Origin: a virus | Lineage: Duplodnaviria > Caudoviricetes | Reading direction: 5' to 3' (one strand) | Virus record (IMG/VR): IMGVR_UViG_3300028048_000064 | Span: 85,925 to 149,924 of that record | DNA: 64,000 bases | Shown: positions 49,837-59,865 of the stretch, in pieces | How positions within the stretch are numbered: position 1 is the stretch's first letter | Layout of the letters: each line of letters starts with the position of its first letter | Position numbers and translations under genes: made by a program | The notes under the pieces: generated by a model | Databases searched by the model: none | Told to the model about the DNA's origin: nothing | Seen by the model: only the letters and a program-made list of their open reading frames with translations

Positions 49837-50019
49837 CTTGCAAGAAAACTCCATCCTTCAGTGTGTGGATGAATTGCAAAAAAAAATTCTTCGTAGGGGC
49901 ATCTACGAATTGGAAAGCGGGTGGAAGACCAGTGAGGCTCCGGCCAAAGGGCATCCCACGAAAGCGTCTAGTACGAAATGTCCAAGAATCCCCTCACTTT
50001 AGGGAGGGGAGTATGTCAA
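49837..50019 (+). mobile_element. Non-autonomous IS200/IS605-type miniature element, copy 2
   Basis: Paralogue of 43975-44158 (shares TTCTTCGTAGGGGCATCTACGAATTGG and GTATGTCAA end). Confidence 0.75.
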
Positions 50020-50028
50020 ATAAGAAAT

Positions 50029-50165
50029 ATGCAGTAGTGACGTGACTGTTACTTCGATAACATTTAGACAAGTGGTTAAGTCGCAATTTTTTGGTAATTG
50101 AGAACGCCGGTTCAATTCCGGCAGTGTTGTAAACAATAGCAAACAGTCACAAATTTTCTCTGTAT
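50029..50165 (+). ncRNA. Y-RNA-like unit 5 enclosing a complete tRNA-Gln(TTG)-like cloverleaf (50058-50130)
   Basis: GTGACTGTT/AACAGTCAC stem; CAATT-TTTTGGT-AATTG; GCCGG-TTCAATT-CCGGC. Confidence 0.7.
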
Positions 50166-50172
50166 TATTTAG

Positions 50173-50337
50173 TGGGCGGTAGTTCAGTGGTAGAACACGA
50201 GTCTCGTCTCTGTAGTTTAATTGGCAGAACACAAATTTTTATGATTTGGACATGAGGTCGATACTCATCGGAGGCACAAAGTTTTAAGAACTTACAAAAT
50301 AATCTCGAAATCCCTGGTTCGAGTCCAGGTCGCCCAA
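50173..50337 (+). tRNA. tRNA-Met(CAT)-like gene interrupted between C34 and A35 by a 93-nt insert (50206-50298) that begins with a full tRNA-like cloverleaf
   Basis: Joined exons give CGAGT-CTC|ATAA-TCTCG; acceptor TGGGCGG/TCGCCCA; T arm CCTGG-TTCGAGT-CCAGG. Confidence 0.7.
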
Positions 50338-50435
50338 CAAAAATATGTTGTCCCAATATATCGTAGGGAGCATGCAATTGTCTATTAATATAGGCTTTTG
50401 CATATTTTATTTTATATATAAAGATTTATTATTAA

Positions 50436-50807
50436 TTGAAAATGAGTGTAAACAGATATGATGAATTATTAAAACAGTTATATGAGAAAGACTTTGTTAA
50501 TTTGAGGTTCACAGTATTCAATTTCATTGAGAATGACGGTTATGTTGCAGAGATTTCCTCTGTTCATGGCAAGAAGTTTGACATTGATGATTTTGAGTTT
50601 ATTGTTTTTGACATTCCGCAGGAGGATAAGAAGGCAATTAAGAATGGAAATGCATTGGTTATTCAGAGATACCAGTCATTTAAGTATTATATTGAAAAGG
50701 AGTGTCAGGAAGTTCCGAATTGCGCTATTTTCATTATGAAAGATTTAGGAATTGTCATTGCAGTTAAGTTAAAATATTATAATCTTGGAAAAATGAATGA
50801 AGCTTAG
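50436..50807 (+). CDS. Hypothetical protein
   Basis: ~121-aa ORF. Confidence 0.55.
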   Translation: MKMSVNRYDELLKQLYEKDFVNLRFTVFNFIENDGYVAEISSVHGKKFDIDDFEFIVFDIPQEDKKAIKNGNALVIQRYQSFKYYIEKECQEVPNCAIFIMKDLGIVIAVKLKYYNLGKMNEA

Positions 50808-50827
50808 TATTTTTTAACGGTATTTCT

Positions 50828-50858
50828 TTTGAAGTATCGTTTTTTTGTAGTATATTTG
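50828..50858 (+). promoter_or_regulatory. Bacteroidota-type promoter
   Basis: TTTG-N19-TATATTTG. Confidence 0.6.
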
Positions 50859-50930
50859 CAAAAAATTAAGGAGACACAAGGGAAAGTGTGTGTGTTTATA
50901 TATATATAACAACATTAATCAAATATATTT

Positions 50931-51152
50931 ATGGCACAATTTTTAGAAAGAACATGTAGATGTATTAATGATTTATCCATTCCGTCTGAGGGTAGAAATT
51001 CAGCATTGGATATATTGAATTTTCATGCGGGCAGGGAATATCAGGTAGATGTTTACCCTTTATTTCTACAGGTATATCAGAATGGTGGATATAATGATTA
51101 TGTTTATTTGGAAGAAAAGGAATTTTTGGAACATTTTGAAATGATTGAATGA
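50931..51152 (+). CDS. Small hypothetical protein
   Basis: 73-aa ORF. Confidence 0.5.
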   Translation: MAQFLERTCRCINDLSIPSEGRNSALDILNFHAGREYQVDVYPLFLQVYQNGGYNDYVYLEEKEFLEHFEMIE

Positions 51153-51173
51153 TAAATTTAAAGTAAAGACTTT

Positions 51174-53342
51174 ATGTTAGATTACGAAGTACTTAAACAA
51201 AAAGAAAAGTTGCTTGACAATGCTTGTTCGGTATTGAAGAAGGAGTTTGTTGGACTTAATGAGATTATTGATGGAATAATCTACAATGTGAAACCGTGGT
51301 TTCTGTTTCCCGAATTACAGAATAGACCACATGTTGTATGTCTTTGGGGTTTGACGGGAACGGGAAAAACGAGTCTGGTTAAAAGGCTTTGCCAATTGCT
51401 TGAAATTGAGAAGGATATGGTATATTTCAATTTCGCTGAGATTGGTGAATGTTCATCGTGGGATATTGAGAGTAAGATTGAGGAAGAGTTATCAAGTGAG
51501 CGTTCAAATCGTGTATTTGTATATGATGAATTTCAATATGCTGCGACTTTGGATGCCACTGGTGCTGAGAAGGACAGAAAGAGTGGTTTGAAGCCATTCT
51601 GGGAGTTGCTTGATGATGGTAAGTTGCATCGTCGTGACTCATTTTGGCGTGTACGTACCTTGTATAAGGTTGTAGGTTACATGCAGAAGATTAATGCATT
51701 CTGTCCTATCAAGTTGGAGCATGGCGTTTGGGTTAATTCACAGGAATGTATGTCATATTTCACACAGTATGACATCGCAATGTTTTCACAGGTGTTTAAC
51801 TTTGACACAAATAATGGAAAAACAGTTCATGGTTTACCTCAGAATGGACCGGTTGCCAATGAAGACTATGATGATGATGATTGTTGCCGTGATGAAGTAG
51901 CAACACAGTCATCTGCTTCTGGCCAATTGGCAAGTATTATTGGTGATAAGAAGGGTGATGGAAGCCGTCATTTCTTCTTGAAGGACCATTATCTTGATAC
52001 GTTGATTGAACTTTATGATAAGACAAAATCAACCGTCAGTGACAAATTGACAATCTTTCATAAGATTAGGGAATACAGTTTTGAACAATTGTTAGGTCTT
52101 ATAACAGAGGTATTTGACAGTGCAACAAAGGGATATGACTTGAATTTCAGTGACAGTATCATATTTGTCATCGGCAATTTGGACGAGGCATATACCATTG
52201 CATTCAATGCAGACCCGGATATGAGTCCTGACCAATTCAATAAGGTAACAAAGAAAATTACCATTGTTGATGTTAAAGAGGCATTGCAGAAACGTTTCAG
52301 AAATGAACAGATTGCACGTCTTGGAAATATCCATATGATTTATCCTGCATTCTCAAGCAAGTCATTCATGGAAATCATTAACCTTTCACTTGCCAAATAT
52401 GCCAAGGATGTTAAAGAATTGACTGGATATGATGTTATATTCAAGGACAGCATTGTTAAATTCATTTATAATGAATCTGTGTTCCCTACACATGGTACAA
52501 GACCTATATATTCATCAATCCATGAGATTGTAAAGGCAAAACTACCACTTGTTATGCGTGAGGTGTATGACAAGGAAGATGACATCAAGAAGATTGAATT
52601 TTCTCATAAGGGGCGTAAGACAATTATTGAAATTTACAGTAATTCAAATGAACTTATACAAACCCTTAAATATACAGAGAAGACACGCCTTGATAAACTA
52701 AGGGAAAGTGAATGTGATGAGGAACAGGCAATTGTTGCAGTCCATGAAAGTGGCCACTTTGCAGTCTATGCTGCATTGATGCATAAAATCCCGGAGAAAC
52801 TATGCAGTAAGACTGCTTCAAGTAATAATGGCGGTTTCTTAATGCAAGACTTTGATGATACACATAAACTACATTCCGTTGATATGCTGCTTAATAGGAT
52901 TAAGATTAGTCTTGGCGGTTATTGCGCAGAGAAAATGGTCTTCGGCGATGATTACATGTCTGTCGGTGCATCAAGTGATTTACGTAGTGCAACACGTACA
53001 GCAAGCCAACTTGTACGTGATTATGGCTATTGTGCGCCATATGTGACCACATATTCAGAAAATGCTGAAATCAACGATTTCGGACATATGATAAGACCGG
53101 AATCCCGTGAAGAGGCTAATGCGGAAATTATCGATATCATTAAGATTTGTGAGAATGATGTGAATAATATTCTGAAATCAGACTGTTGGAGAACATTGCT
53201 TAAAGACTCAAGCGAATATCTTTCAGTTAATTCAAATATGCCAAAGAAGAAGATGCAGGAACTATATGATAAGGTAGCATCTACTTGTAAGGCAGATAAA
53301 AAGGGTAGTGAGTATTACAGAAATAAGATTAAGGAAATCTGA
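51174..53342 (+). CDS. Soluble AAA+ ATPase fused to M41 (FtsH-type) metallopeptidase
   Basis: Walker A GLTGTGKT, Walker B VYDE, AVHESGH, LGGYCAE, GASSDL; no TM segment. Confidence 0.8.
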   Translation: MLDYEVLKQKEKLLDNACSVLKKEFVGLNEIIDGIIYNVKPWFLFPELQNRPHVVCLWGLTGTGKTSLVKRLCQLLEIEKDMVYFNFAEIGECSSWDIESKIEEELSSERSNRVFVYDEFQYAATLDATGAEKDRKSGLKPFWELLDDGKLHRRDSFWRVRTLYKVVGYMQKINAFCPIKLEHGVWVNSQECMSYFTQYDIAMFSQVFNFDTNNGKTVHGLPQNGPVANEDYDDDDCCRDEVATQSSASGQLASIIGDKKGDGSRHFFLKDHYLDTLIELYDKTKSTVSDKLTIFHKIREYSFEQLLGLITEVFDSATKGYDLNFSDSIIFVIGNLDEAYTIAFNADPDMSPDQFNKVTKKITIVDVKEALQKRFRNEQIARLGNIHMIYPAFSSKSFMEIINLSLAKYAKDVKELTGYDVIFKDSIVKFIYNESVFPTHGTRPIYSSIHEIVKAKLPLVMREVYDKEDDIKKIEFSHKGRKTIIEIYSNSNELIQTLKYTEKTRLDKLRESECDEEQAIVAVHESGHFAVYAALMHKIPEKLCSKTASSNNGGFLMQDFDDTHKLHSVDMLLNRIKISLGGYCAEKMVFGDDYMSVGASSDLRSATRTASQLVRDYGYCAPYVTTYSENAEINDFGHMIRPESREEANAEIIDIIKICENDVNNILKSDCWRTLLKDSSEYLSVNSNMPKKKMQELYDKVASTCKADKKGSEYYRNKIKEI

Positions 53343-53388
53343 AATTCACAACATATTGGTAATTTACAATAAATTAATATAAAATACT

Positions 53389-54132
53389 ATGGCAAAATTG
53401 GAAAAATCACAATATATTGGGATTGTAGAAAATACAGACCCTTGTTTCCACTTGGAGATATTCGATAACCTATATTTAGGTAATATCATTATAACAAAAC
53501 GTCTTACAGACAAACTAATTGAAAAATTAGTGGAGAATAAGGATAAATGCATATTGCATTTTACAATTACCGGATTTGGTAATACTAAGGTGGAACCATT
53601 TGTACCTTCAGTGGAGCAATCGTTTGATAAGTTTCAGAAACTGATTAATTGTGGTTTTCCAATCGAGCAATTTGTATTGAGAATAGACCCAATCATTCCA
53701 ACGGATAAGGGCATTAATACAGCCTTACATGTTATTGATATATTTAAGGATAGTGGAGTAAAGAGAGTACGTTTTTCTGTATTGGATATGTACAAGCATG
53801 TAAAGGAACGGTTTGCAGAGAATGGTTTGCCAATACCTTATAATACATTTCATGCACCATTGGAGAAACGTTTGGAAATACGTGACAGATTAGTGGAATT
53901 AGGTAATCAATATGGTTTTGAAGTTGAAGCATGTGGAGAACCCGGTATAGAGAGTATTTCCTGTCTATCTCAAAAGGATATTGATATCTTAAATCTAACT
54001 GACAAGATTAAATTGGTAGGTAATAAGGAACAAAGGGCAAATTGTAACTGTCCCCTTAATAAAATGCAACTGTGGCATAATAAAATGGAGCATTGTAAAC
54101 ATGGCTGTCTATATTGTTATATAAAAGACTGA
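53389..54132 (+). CDS. DUF1848/SPL-like radical-SAM-related protein
   Basis: FTITG..EP.VP, RIDPII, C-terminal CKHGCLYCY. Confidence 0.65.
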   Translation: MAKLEKSQYIGIVENTDPCFHLEIFDNLYLGNIIITKRLTDKLIEKLVENKDKCILHFTITGFGNTKVEPFVPSVEQSFDKFQKLINCGFPIEQFVLRIDPIIPTDKGINTALHVIDIFKDSGVKRVRFSVLDMYKHVKERFAENGLPIPYNTFHAPLEKRLEIRDRLVELGNQYGFEVEACGEPGIESISCLSQKDIDILNLTDKIKLVGNKEQRANCNCPLNKMQLWHNKMEHCKHGCLYCYIKD

Positions 54133-54229
54133 CAATTTGGCAGACTTGAATGGTTTGGCATGGTATTTGAATATATTGGGGTAAAGAAATAAGTAAATAA
54201 TAAACGCATATAAAAAAATTAAAAAAATT

Positions 54230-54883
54230 ATGAAGAACAGTTTTTTAGATTTGATGGAAACAGCAGAAGATTTGCTGGATAAGTGGTGTAACAATGATTT
54301 GGATAGAAAACCAAATGATTACATTACAACTTTTTGGACTGATTATGATTGGTTGAAACCCAATTATGAGTTAAAGGATAAAGGTGACAAGTATCAGGTT
54401 GAAGTCCATTATAATGATGATAAGGATTATGTACGTATCAGAACCGATAAGAAGAAGCATACAATCCATATAAGTGTATTTGAGGATTTTGACAAGACAC
54501 ATGCTTATACTGCATCCACATATTACGGTTCTTATACCTTTACAGCCCCAGAAGACTGCATTCTTGACAAATATGAAAAGACAATTGACAAGGAAAATAA
54601 GATGATGGTTATCACCTTTGAAAAAGCCAAGGCAGTTGAGAATAAAAAGGATGAACCAAAGGTTTTGGACGTTGAAAAGCAGAAGGATGATAAGGCAATC
54701 GACTATAAGGCACTCTATAATGACTTGCTTGAAAAGTATCATAAGGCAATTACAGAGTATGATAATAAGATGGATGCATTCCGTAATACACTTCTCAAGA
54801 GAAATGATGAGGTAGAGAAATATAAGAGGGAAAATATTGTATTGAAAAAGAAGTTTGAAGACATTAAGAAGATGTTTAATTAG
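54230..54883 (+). CDS. Small heat-shock (alpha-crystallin-like) protein with coiled-coil tail
   Basis: PNYELKDKGDKYQVEV...YTFTAPED...MMVITFEK; next to dnaK/dnaJ. Confidence 0.45.
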   Translation: MKNSFLDLMETAEDLLDKWCNNDLDRKPNDYITTFWTDYDWLKPNYELKDKGDKYQVEVHYNDDKDYVRIRTDKKKHTIHISVFEDFDKTHAYTASTYYGSYTFTAPEDCILDKYEKTIDKENKMMVITFEKAKAVENKKDEPKVLDVEKQKDDKAIDYKALYNDLLEKYHKAITEYDNKMDAFRNTLLKRNDEVEKYKRENIVLKKKFEDIKKMFN

Positions 54884-54961
54884 TAAGTGAAAAAAAAAAA
54901 GACAGCGCAGTACCTAATTTTTCAGGTTTAGGAACTACTTATAGTTATAAGCCTGAAAAAT

Positions 54962-56227
54962 ATGAGTACAAAAAGAAAAACAACAGAACAGTTTATTGAA
55001 GAAGCAAGAAAAATACATGGTGATAAGTATGACTACTCAAAAGTAGAGTATATAAACCAAGTGACAGCGGTTTGCATTATTTGTCCAATTCATGGTGAAT
55101 TTAAACAGATACCAAAATTACATCTTAGAGGCAGTGGTTGCCCTAAATGTGGAGTTGAACAACAGTCAGAAAAGAGACGAAATAAGCCAACGGTTTTCAA
55201 AAAAGAACGTGTAATACGAGAGAAACGCCAAAAATTTCATGTACCATTAATTAAAACGACAGAAGAATTTATAAATAGGGCTAAGGAAATACACGGTGAT
55301 AAATATGACTACTCAAAAGTAGTGTATAAAGGAAAAAAAGAACACGTTACAATTATCTGCCCGGAACATGGTGAATTTCAACAAAGGGCTAATTTCCATT
55401 TAAATGGTGGCGGATGCCCGAAATGTGGACGTATGGCAGCACATGAAAAGCAACGGTATACTAATGATGAGTTTATAGAAAATCTAAAGAAAATTTACGG
55501 TGATAGGTATGATTATTCAAAAGTAGAATATAAAGGCAGAAAAGAAAAAATAACTTTGATATGTAAAAAACACGGTGAATTTGAAAAAATAGCAAGTGAT
55601 TTAATCAATAAAAGAACAGGATGCCAGTTATGTAATAAAGAGAATAAACGAAAATTATTTTCACTCGGAAAGGAAAATTTTATTGAGAAATCGAATAATA
55701 TTTTTCATGGAAAATATAGTTATGAAAATGTTATTTATGTAAATAATTCGACAAAAGTTAACATAACTTGCCCTAAACATGGTGATTTTCCTTGCACTCC
55801 GGCAAATCATTTGAAAGGGCGTGGTTGCCCAATATGCAAAGCTGAAAATAATGTTTATGAAGAACGCTTATATAATTTTCTGTTAACAATTTTTGATAAA
55901 AATGAAATAAAATGGCAATATAAGCCCAAATGGTTAAGCGATAATAAATCATTAGATTTTTTTATTGAAAAATATAATATAGCAATTGAACATCAGGGTA
56001 GCCAACATTTTAAATATGTACCATTTTTATGCGGAAATAAGTCTGATAAATTTGAAAGGACTATTCACAATGACATTAATAAAAAATATGAGTGCGAAGC
56101 AAATGATGTAAAACTTTTGTATTTTACATATGAACTTAATAATGTAGATATATATTTTGACACTGTTTATACAAAAGAAGAAGATTTGAAAAATAAAATT
56201 TTAGATATAATTAAAAAAGAAAAGTAA
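54962..56227 (+). CDS. Homing-type endonuclease with four DUF723-like Zn repeats and a Vsr/PD-(D/E)XK-like domain
   Basis: Repeats [15 protein letters not shown]...IICP.HGEF.....HL.G.GCP.C; C-terminal [15 protein letters not shown]. Confidence 0.8.
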   Translation: MSTKRKTTEQFIEEARKIHGDKYDYSKVEYINQVTAVCIICPIHGEFKQIPKLHLRGSGCPKCGVEQQSEKRRNKPTVFKKERVIREKRQKFHVPLIKTTEEFINRAKEIHGDKYDYSKVVYKGKKEHVTIICPEHGEFQQRANFHLNGGGCPKCGRMAAHEKQRYTNDEFIENLKKIYGDRYDYSKVEYKGRKEKITLICKKHGEFEKIASDLINKRTGCQLCNKENKRKLFSLGKENFIEKSNNIFHGKYSYENVIYVNNSTKVNITCPKHGDFPCTPANHLKGRGCPICKAENNVYEERLYNFLLTIFDKNEIKWQYKPKWLSDNKSLDFFIEKYNIAIEHQGSQHFKYVPFLCGNKSDKFERTIHNDINKKYECEANDVKLLYFTYELNNVDIYFDTVYTKEEDLKNKILDIIKKEK

Positions 56228-56228
56228 T

Positions 56229-58181
56229 ATGGGAAAAATTATTGGAATTGACTGCGGAACTGGTAATCAGTGTGTTAGTGTATTTGAAGGTGGTTCGCCT
56301 GTTGTTATAACTAATAGTGAAGGAAAACGTACTACTCCATCAGTGGTAGGCTTTACAGATGATGGTGAGATTAAAGTTGGTGAGTCAGCAAAGAGGCAAG
56401 CAATCACCAACGCCAAAAATACAGTAACAAGTATTAAACGTATAATTGGCCGAACTTATGATGAGGTTAAAGATTTGAAAACAACTTATAAAATTGAAAA
56501 CCGTCAGGGTAAACCTGTTGTGAATATTAACGGAAAACAATACACACCCCAAGAGATTACGGCATTCATCTTGCAGAAGATGAAAAAGACTGCTGAGGAT
56601 TATCTTGGTGAAAATGTTACAGAAGCTGTTATTACAGTACCTGCACGTTTTTCACAAGACCAACGCCAAGCGACGAAAGAAGCAGCTGAGATTGCAGGTC
56701 TAAAAGTCGCTAGAATAATAAACGAACCTACGGCTGGTTCATTAGCATATGGCATTGATAAAGCGGATAAAGACATGAAAGTTGCTGTTTTCGATGCCGG
56801 ACAAGGCACATACGACATTTCTATTCTTGAATTTGGCGGAGGTGTATTTGAAGTGCTCTCAAGTGGCGGTAATGATACGCTTGGAGGAGATAATTTTGAC
56901 AGTAAAATCATGGATTGGATAACTGACCTCATTAAACAGCAACACAATGTTGATATAACAACAGATGCGATGGCAATGCAAAGAATTAAAGAGGCAGCAG
57001 AAAAAGCAAAGATTGAATTGTCTTCAAGTACTGCGACAGATATTAATCTTCCATATATTACTTCTGTCAACGGTGAGCCAAAACATTTTGTTGAGACTTT
57101 GACACGTGCTAAGTTTGAACAACTTACACATGATATTATTGAGGCACATCGTCAGCCTTGTATTGAGGCAATGAAGGCAGCATCAGTTGAGCCAAAAGAT
57201 ATTGATGAAGTAATTCTTGTAGGTGGTACTACACGTATTCCTGCTATTCAGAACCTTGTTAAAGAGATTTTTGGTAAAGAACCGAATAAATCAGTTAATC
57301 CTGATGAAGCTGTTAGTATTGGTGCATGCATTCAAGGTGCAGTTCTTAACCAAGAAAAGGGTGCCGGCGATATAGTCTTGCTTGATGTCTTACCTTTGAA
57401 TTTGGGAATTGAAACTATCAATAACGCATTTACAACACTTATTGAGGCAAATACTACAATTCCTACTAAAAAGACACAAGTCTTCACCACAGCGGTTGCT
57501 AATCAGCCAGCAGTAACTATTAGGATTGCACAGGGAAATCGCCCACTGTTTAGTGATAATAGGCTAATTGGCCAATTTAATCTTGACAACATTCCGCCTG
57601 CCCCCAGAGGAGTGCCACAGATAGAAGTCACCGTCGACGTGGATGCAAATTCACTCGTTACTGTTAGTGCTAAGGATTTGGGAACCGGTAAAGAACAGCA
57701 TATAACCATTCAGAATAATAATCTTTCAAAGGATGAAATTGAACGAATGAAAGCAGAGGCTGAAAGATATGCTAAACAAGATGAGGAAGCAAAATCACGT
57801 CTTGATAAAATCAATAAAATAGATACAACAGTCTATAATGTTGAGAAGTTTGTTGAAGACTATAAGGATAAGACAGATATCTTAACAGAGGATGATAAAA
57901 ATTACTTTAGTGATAAAGTAAAGGAACTGTCTGAAATTAAAAATGGTGATTTAACAAATGCTGATAACTTAATTGAAGAGGTTAATAAACGTTTGGCTAC
58001 AGTTGGTGCAAAAGTCTATGCTAATGTGAATAATGCTCAATCCGGTGGTCCTAACCAATTTGGCGGATTTGATGCTTCGCAGTTTGGAGACATTTTCGGT
58101 GGTTTCAATGGTGGTGCAAAGACTGAAACACAGGCAGCACAGCCAACATCAGATGCTGAGGACATACAAGACGCAAAATAA
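56229..58181 (+). CDS. dnaK: Chaperone DnaK (Hsp70)
   Basis: [43 protein letters not shown]. Confidence 0.95.
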   Translation: MGKIIGIDCGTGNQCVSVFEGGSPVVITNSEGKRTTPSVVGFTDDGEIKVGESAKRQAITNAKNTVTSIKRIIGRTYDEVKDLKTTYKIENRQGKPVVNINGKQYTPQEITAFILQKMKKTAEDYLGENVTEAVITVPARFSQDQRQATKEAAEIAGLKVARIINEPTAGSLAYGIDKADKDMKVAVFDAGQGTYDISILEFGGGVFEVLSSGGNDTLGGDNFDSKIMDWITDLIKQQHNVDITTDAMAMQRIKEAAEKAKIELSSSTATDINLPYITSVNGEPKHFVETLTRAKFEQLTHDIIEAHRQPCIEAMKAASVEPKDIDEVILVGGTTRIPAIQNLVKEIFGKEPNKSVNPDEAVSIGACIQGAVLNQEKGAGDIVLLDVLPLNLGIETINNAFTTLIEANTTIPTKKTQVFTTAVANQPAVTIRIAQGNRPLFSDNRLIGQFNLDNIPPAPRGVPQIEVTVDVDANSLVTVSAKDLGTGKEQHITIQNNNLSKDEIERMKAEAERYAKQDEEAKSRLDKINKIDTTVYNVEKFVEDYKDKTDILTEDDKNYFSDKVKELSEIKNGDLTNADNLIEEVNKRLATVGAKVYANVNNAQSGGPNQFGGFDASQFGDIFGGFNGGAKTETQAAQPTSDAEDIQDAK

Positions 58182-58242
58182 TGATAAGATAGTAGGTAGT
58201 TTTAGATTACCTACTATTTTTAAACATTTTTAACAAAAAACA

Positions 58243-58274
58243 TTTGGATATTTAAAAATAATGTATTACTTTTG
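58243..58274 (+). promoter_or_regulatory. Bacteroidota-type promoter for dnaJ
   Basis: TTTG-N20-TACTTTTG. Confidence 0.7.
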
Positions 58275-58300
58275 CATCTTGAAAACGATAAATTAATAAA

Positions 58301-59401
58301 ATGACACAGAGTAAAGATTATTACGAAATATTAGGAGTCGATAGGAATGCATCACTTGATGAAATAAAGCATGCTTACCGAAAGCTTGCTGTAAAGTGGC
58401 ATCCGGATAAGAACCCCGGTAATAAGGAAGCTGAAGAGAAATTCAAGGATGTGGTCAACGCTTATGAGATTTTGTCCGACCCTAAGAAGAAAGAGATGTA
58501 CGACACCTACGGAACTGTTGACCCTTCATTTGAACCGGGTGGTGCAGATGCTACTATGGATGAAATACTGAGGCGTTTTATGCAGCATGGTGGTTTTAAT
58601 CCATTTGGTGATGATGATGATTTCTTTGGCGGTTTTGGTCAGCAGCAAGTGATTAGGCGTGGAAGTGATACCAAGGTTAGGGTTACGTTGACTCTTGATG
58701 AAGTTTATAATAGGGGCAGTAAAACTATTAAATACAATAGGCTTAAACCTTGTAAGTCATGCAATGGAAAAGGTTCAAAGGATGGAAGTACCATAGGTAT
58801 GTGTCCTCACTGTCATGGAACTGGTTACATAACTCAGACACAGCAATTTGCATTTGGTTTTTCACGTCAGACTGTTCAATGTCCATATTGTAATGGAAGT
58901 GGAAAGAAAATTACCAATCCGTGCCCTAAATGTAATGGAAGTGGTCTTGAAATGATGGAGGAATCATTCACGTTTGATATACCGGCCGGCGTAACTGACA
59001 ATGTTACAATGAGAATACCAAGAAAGGGTAATTATTGTGAACGTATGGAAGGACAAGAAGGTGATTTGATAATTTTCTTCAAGGTTGATGAAAACAGTAA
59101 GTTCAAGGTAATACCTAATAATCCATATGATTTGGCATATGTTGATGAAACACCTGTTTTGGATTGTATAACAGGTTGTGATAAGACAATCAAGCATATT
59201 GATGGAAAAACCTATAAATATAAGTTGAGACAAGGAATTGAGGATGGTACAGTAATTAATTTGCCTGGTAAGGGTCTTCCGATGGGTAATGGAAGAATGG
59301 GTGACTTGAAGATTATTGTCAAGTACAGGATGCCAAAGGCTATTACAAGTGAGGAAAGAAAGTTAATAGAAAAATTAAGAAAAACAAATAACTTTAGTTA
59401 A
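58301..59401 (+). CDS. dnaJ: Chaperone DnaJ
   Basis: J domain HPD, G/F region, four CxxCxGxG repeats. Confidence 0.95.
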   Translation: MTQSKDYYEILGVDRNASLDEIKHAYRKLAVKWHPDKNPGNKEAEEKFKDVVNAYEILSDPKKKEMYDTYGTVDPSFEPGGADATMDEILRRFMQHGGFNPFGDDDDFFGGFGQQQVIRRGSDTKVRVTLTLDEVYNRGSKTIKYNRLKPCKSCNGKGSKDGSTIGMCPHCHGTGYITQTQQFAFGFSRQTVQCPYCNGSGKKITNPCPKCNGSGLEMMEESFTFDIPAGVTDNVTMRIPRKGNYCERMEGQEGDLIIFFKVDENSKFKVIPNNPYDLAYVDETPVLDCITGCDKTIKHIDGKTYKYKLRQGIEDGTVINLPGKGLPMGNGRMGDLKIIVKYRMPKAITSEERKLIEKLRKTNNFS

Positions 59402-59412
59402 TATGAGTTTAA

Positions 59413-59865
59413 ATGAAGTATTCAGCAGGTGTTATTCCTTTTAGAGTTAATTCAAATAATGAATTAGAGTTCTTCGTCGGTCATCCGGGTGGTATTGGAT
59501 GGAGAAACAGAGAATATTGGGCGTACCTTAAAGGTGGCGTAGAAGCTGGTGAGAATTATGTAACCGCAGCTATACGTGAGTTTAAGGAGGAATCAGGTCT
59601 TTCAATGGAAGATTGTGAAAGTCAAATGTTGATACCACTTGGTACAAGTTTGCAAAACCCAAAAAAGACTGTTATTGCATATGGTTTGCATTATCCAAAT
59701 ATCAATCCGAATGATTGTCATTCAAATATGGCCGATAACGGGCTGAATCCTGAGATAGATGCTTATAGGTGGATGACATTTGAGGAATTGAAAAAGTATA
59801 CTCATCCGGCACATCTTATTTTTTATGAAACACTAATTAAAATGAACAAGTGGAAATCCAAGTAA
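59413..59865 (+). CDS. NUDIX hydrolase
   Basis: HPGG; Nudix box KGGVEAGE...AAIREFKEESG. Confidence 0.88.
   Translation: MKYSAGVIPFRVNSNNELEFFVGHPGGIGWRNREYWAYLKGGVEAGENYVTAAIREFKEESGLSMEDCESQMLIPLGTSLQNPKKTVIAYGLHYPNINPNDCHSNMADNGLNPEIDAYRWMTFEELKKYTHPAHLIFYETLIKMNKWKSK

Noticed and set aside
49270-50165. CRISPR array (repeated GTTACTTCGA motif)
   Set aside because: The repeat is only ~10 nt plus a 6-nt element, spacing is irregular, intervening sequences are tRNA-like, and there are no cas genes
50206-50276. Ochre suppressor tRNA (inner module loop TTTTATG reads as TTA)
   Set aside because: It has an atypical T loop (GTCGATA) and anticodon loop and is nested in another tRNA; TAA is the main stop codon here, so it is more plausibly a structural mimic
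38804-50337. HDV-like theta ribozymes at tRNA 3' ends
   Set aside because: No convincing nested double pseudoknot seen by eye after any tRNA; a motif search would be needed to exclude it fully
42157-50377. Short ORF-track entries over tRNA/tmRNA/MITE sequence (e.g. 42157-42460, 43645-44253, 47701-48042, 48831-49115, 49307-50377)
   Set aside because: Shadow ORFs of GC-richer RNA genes
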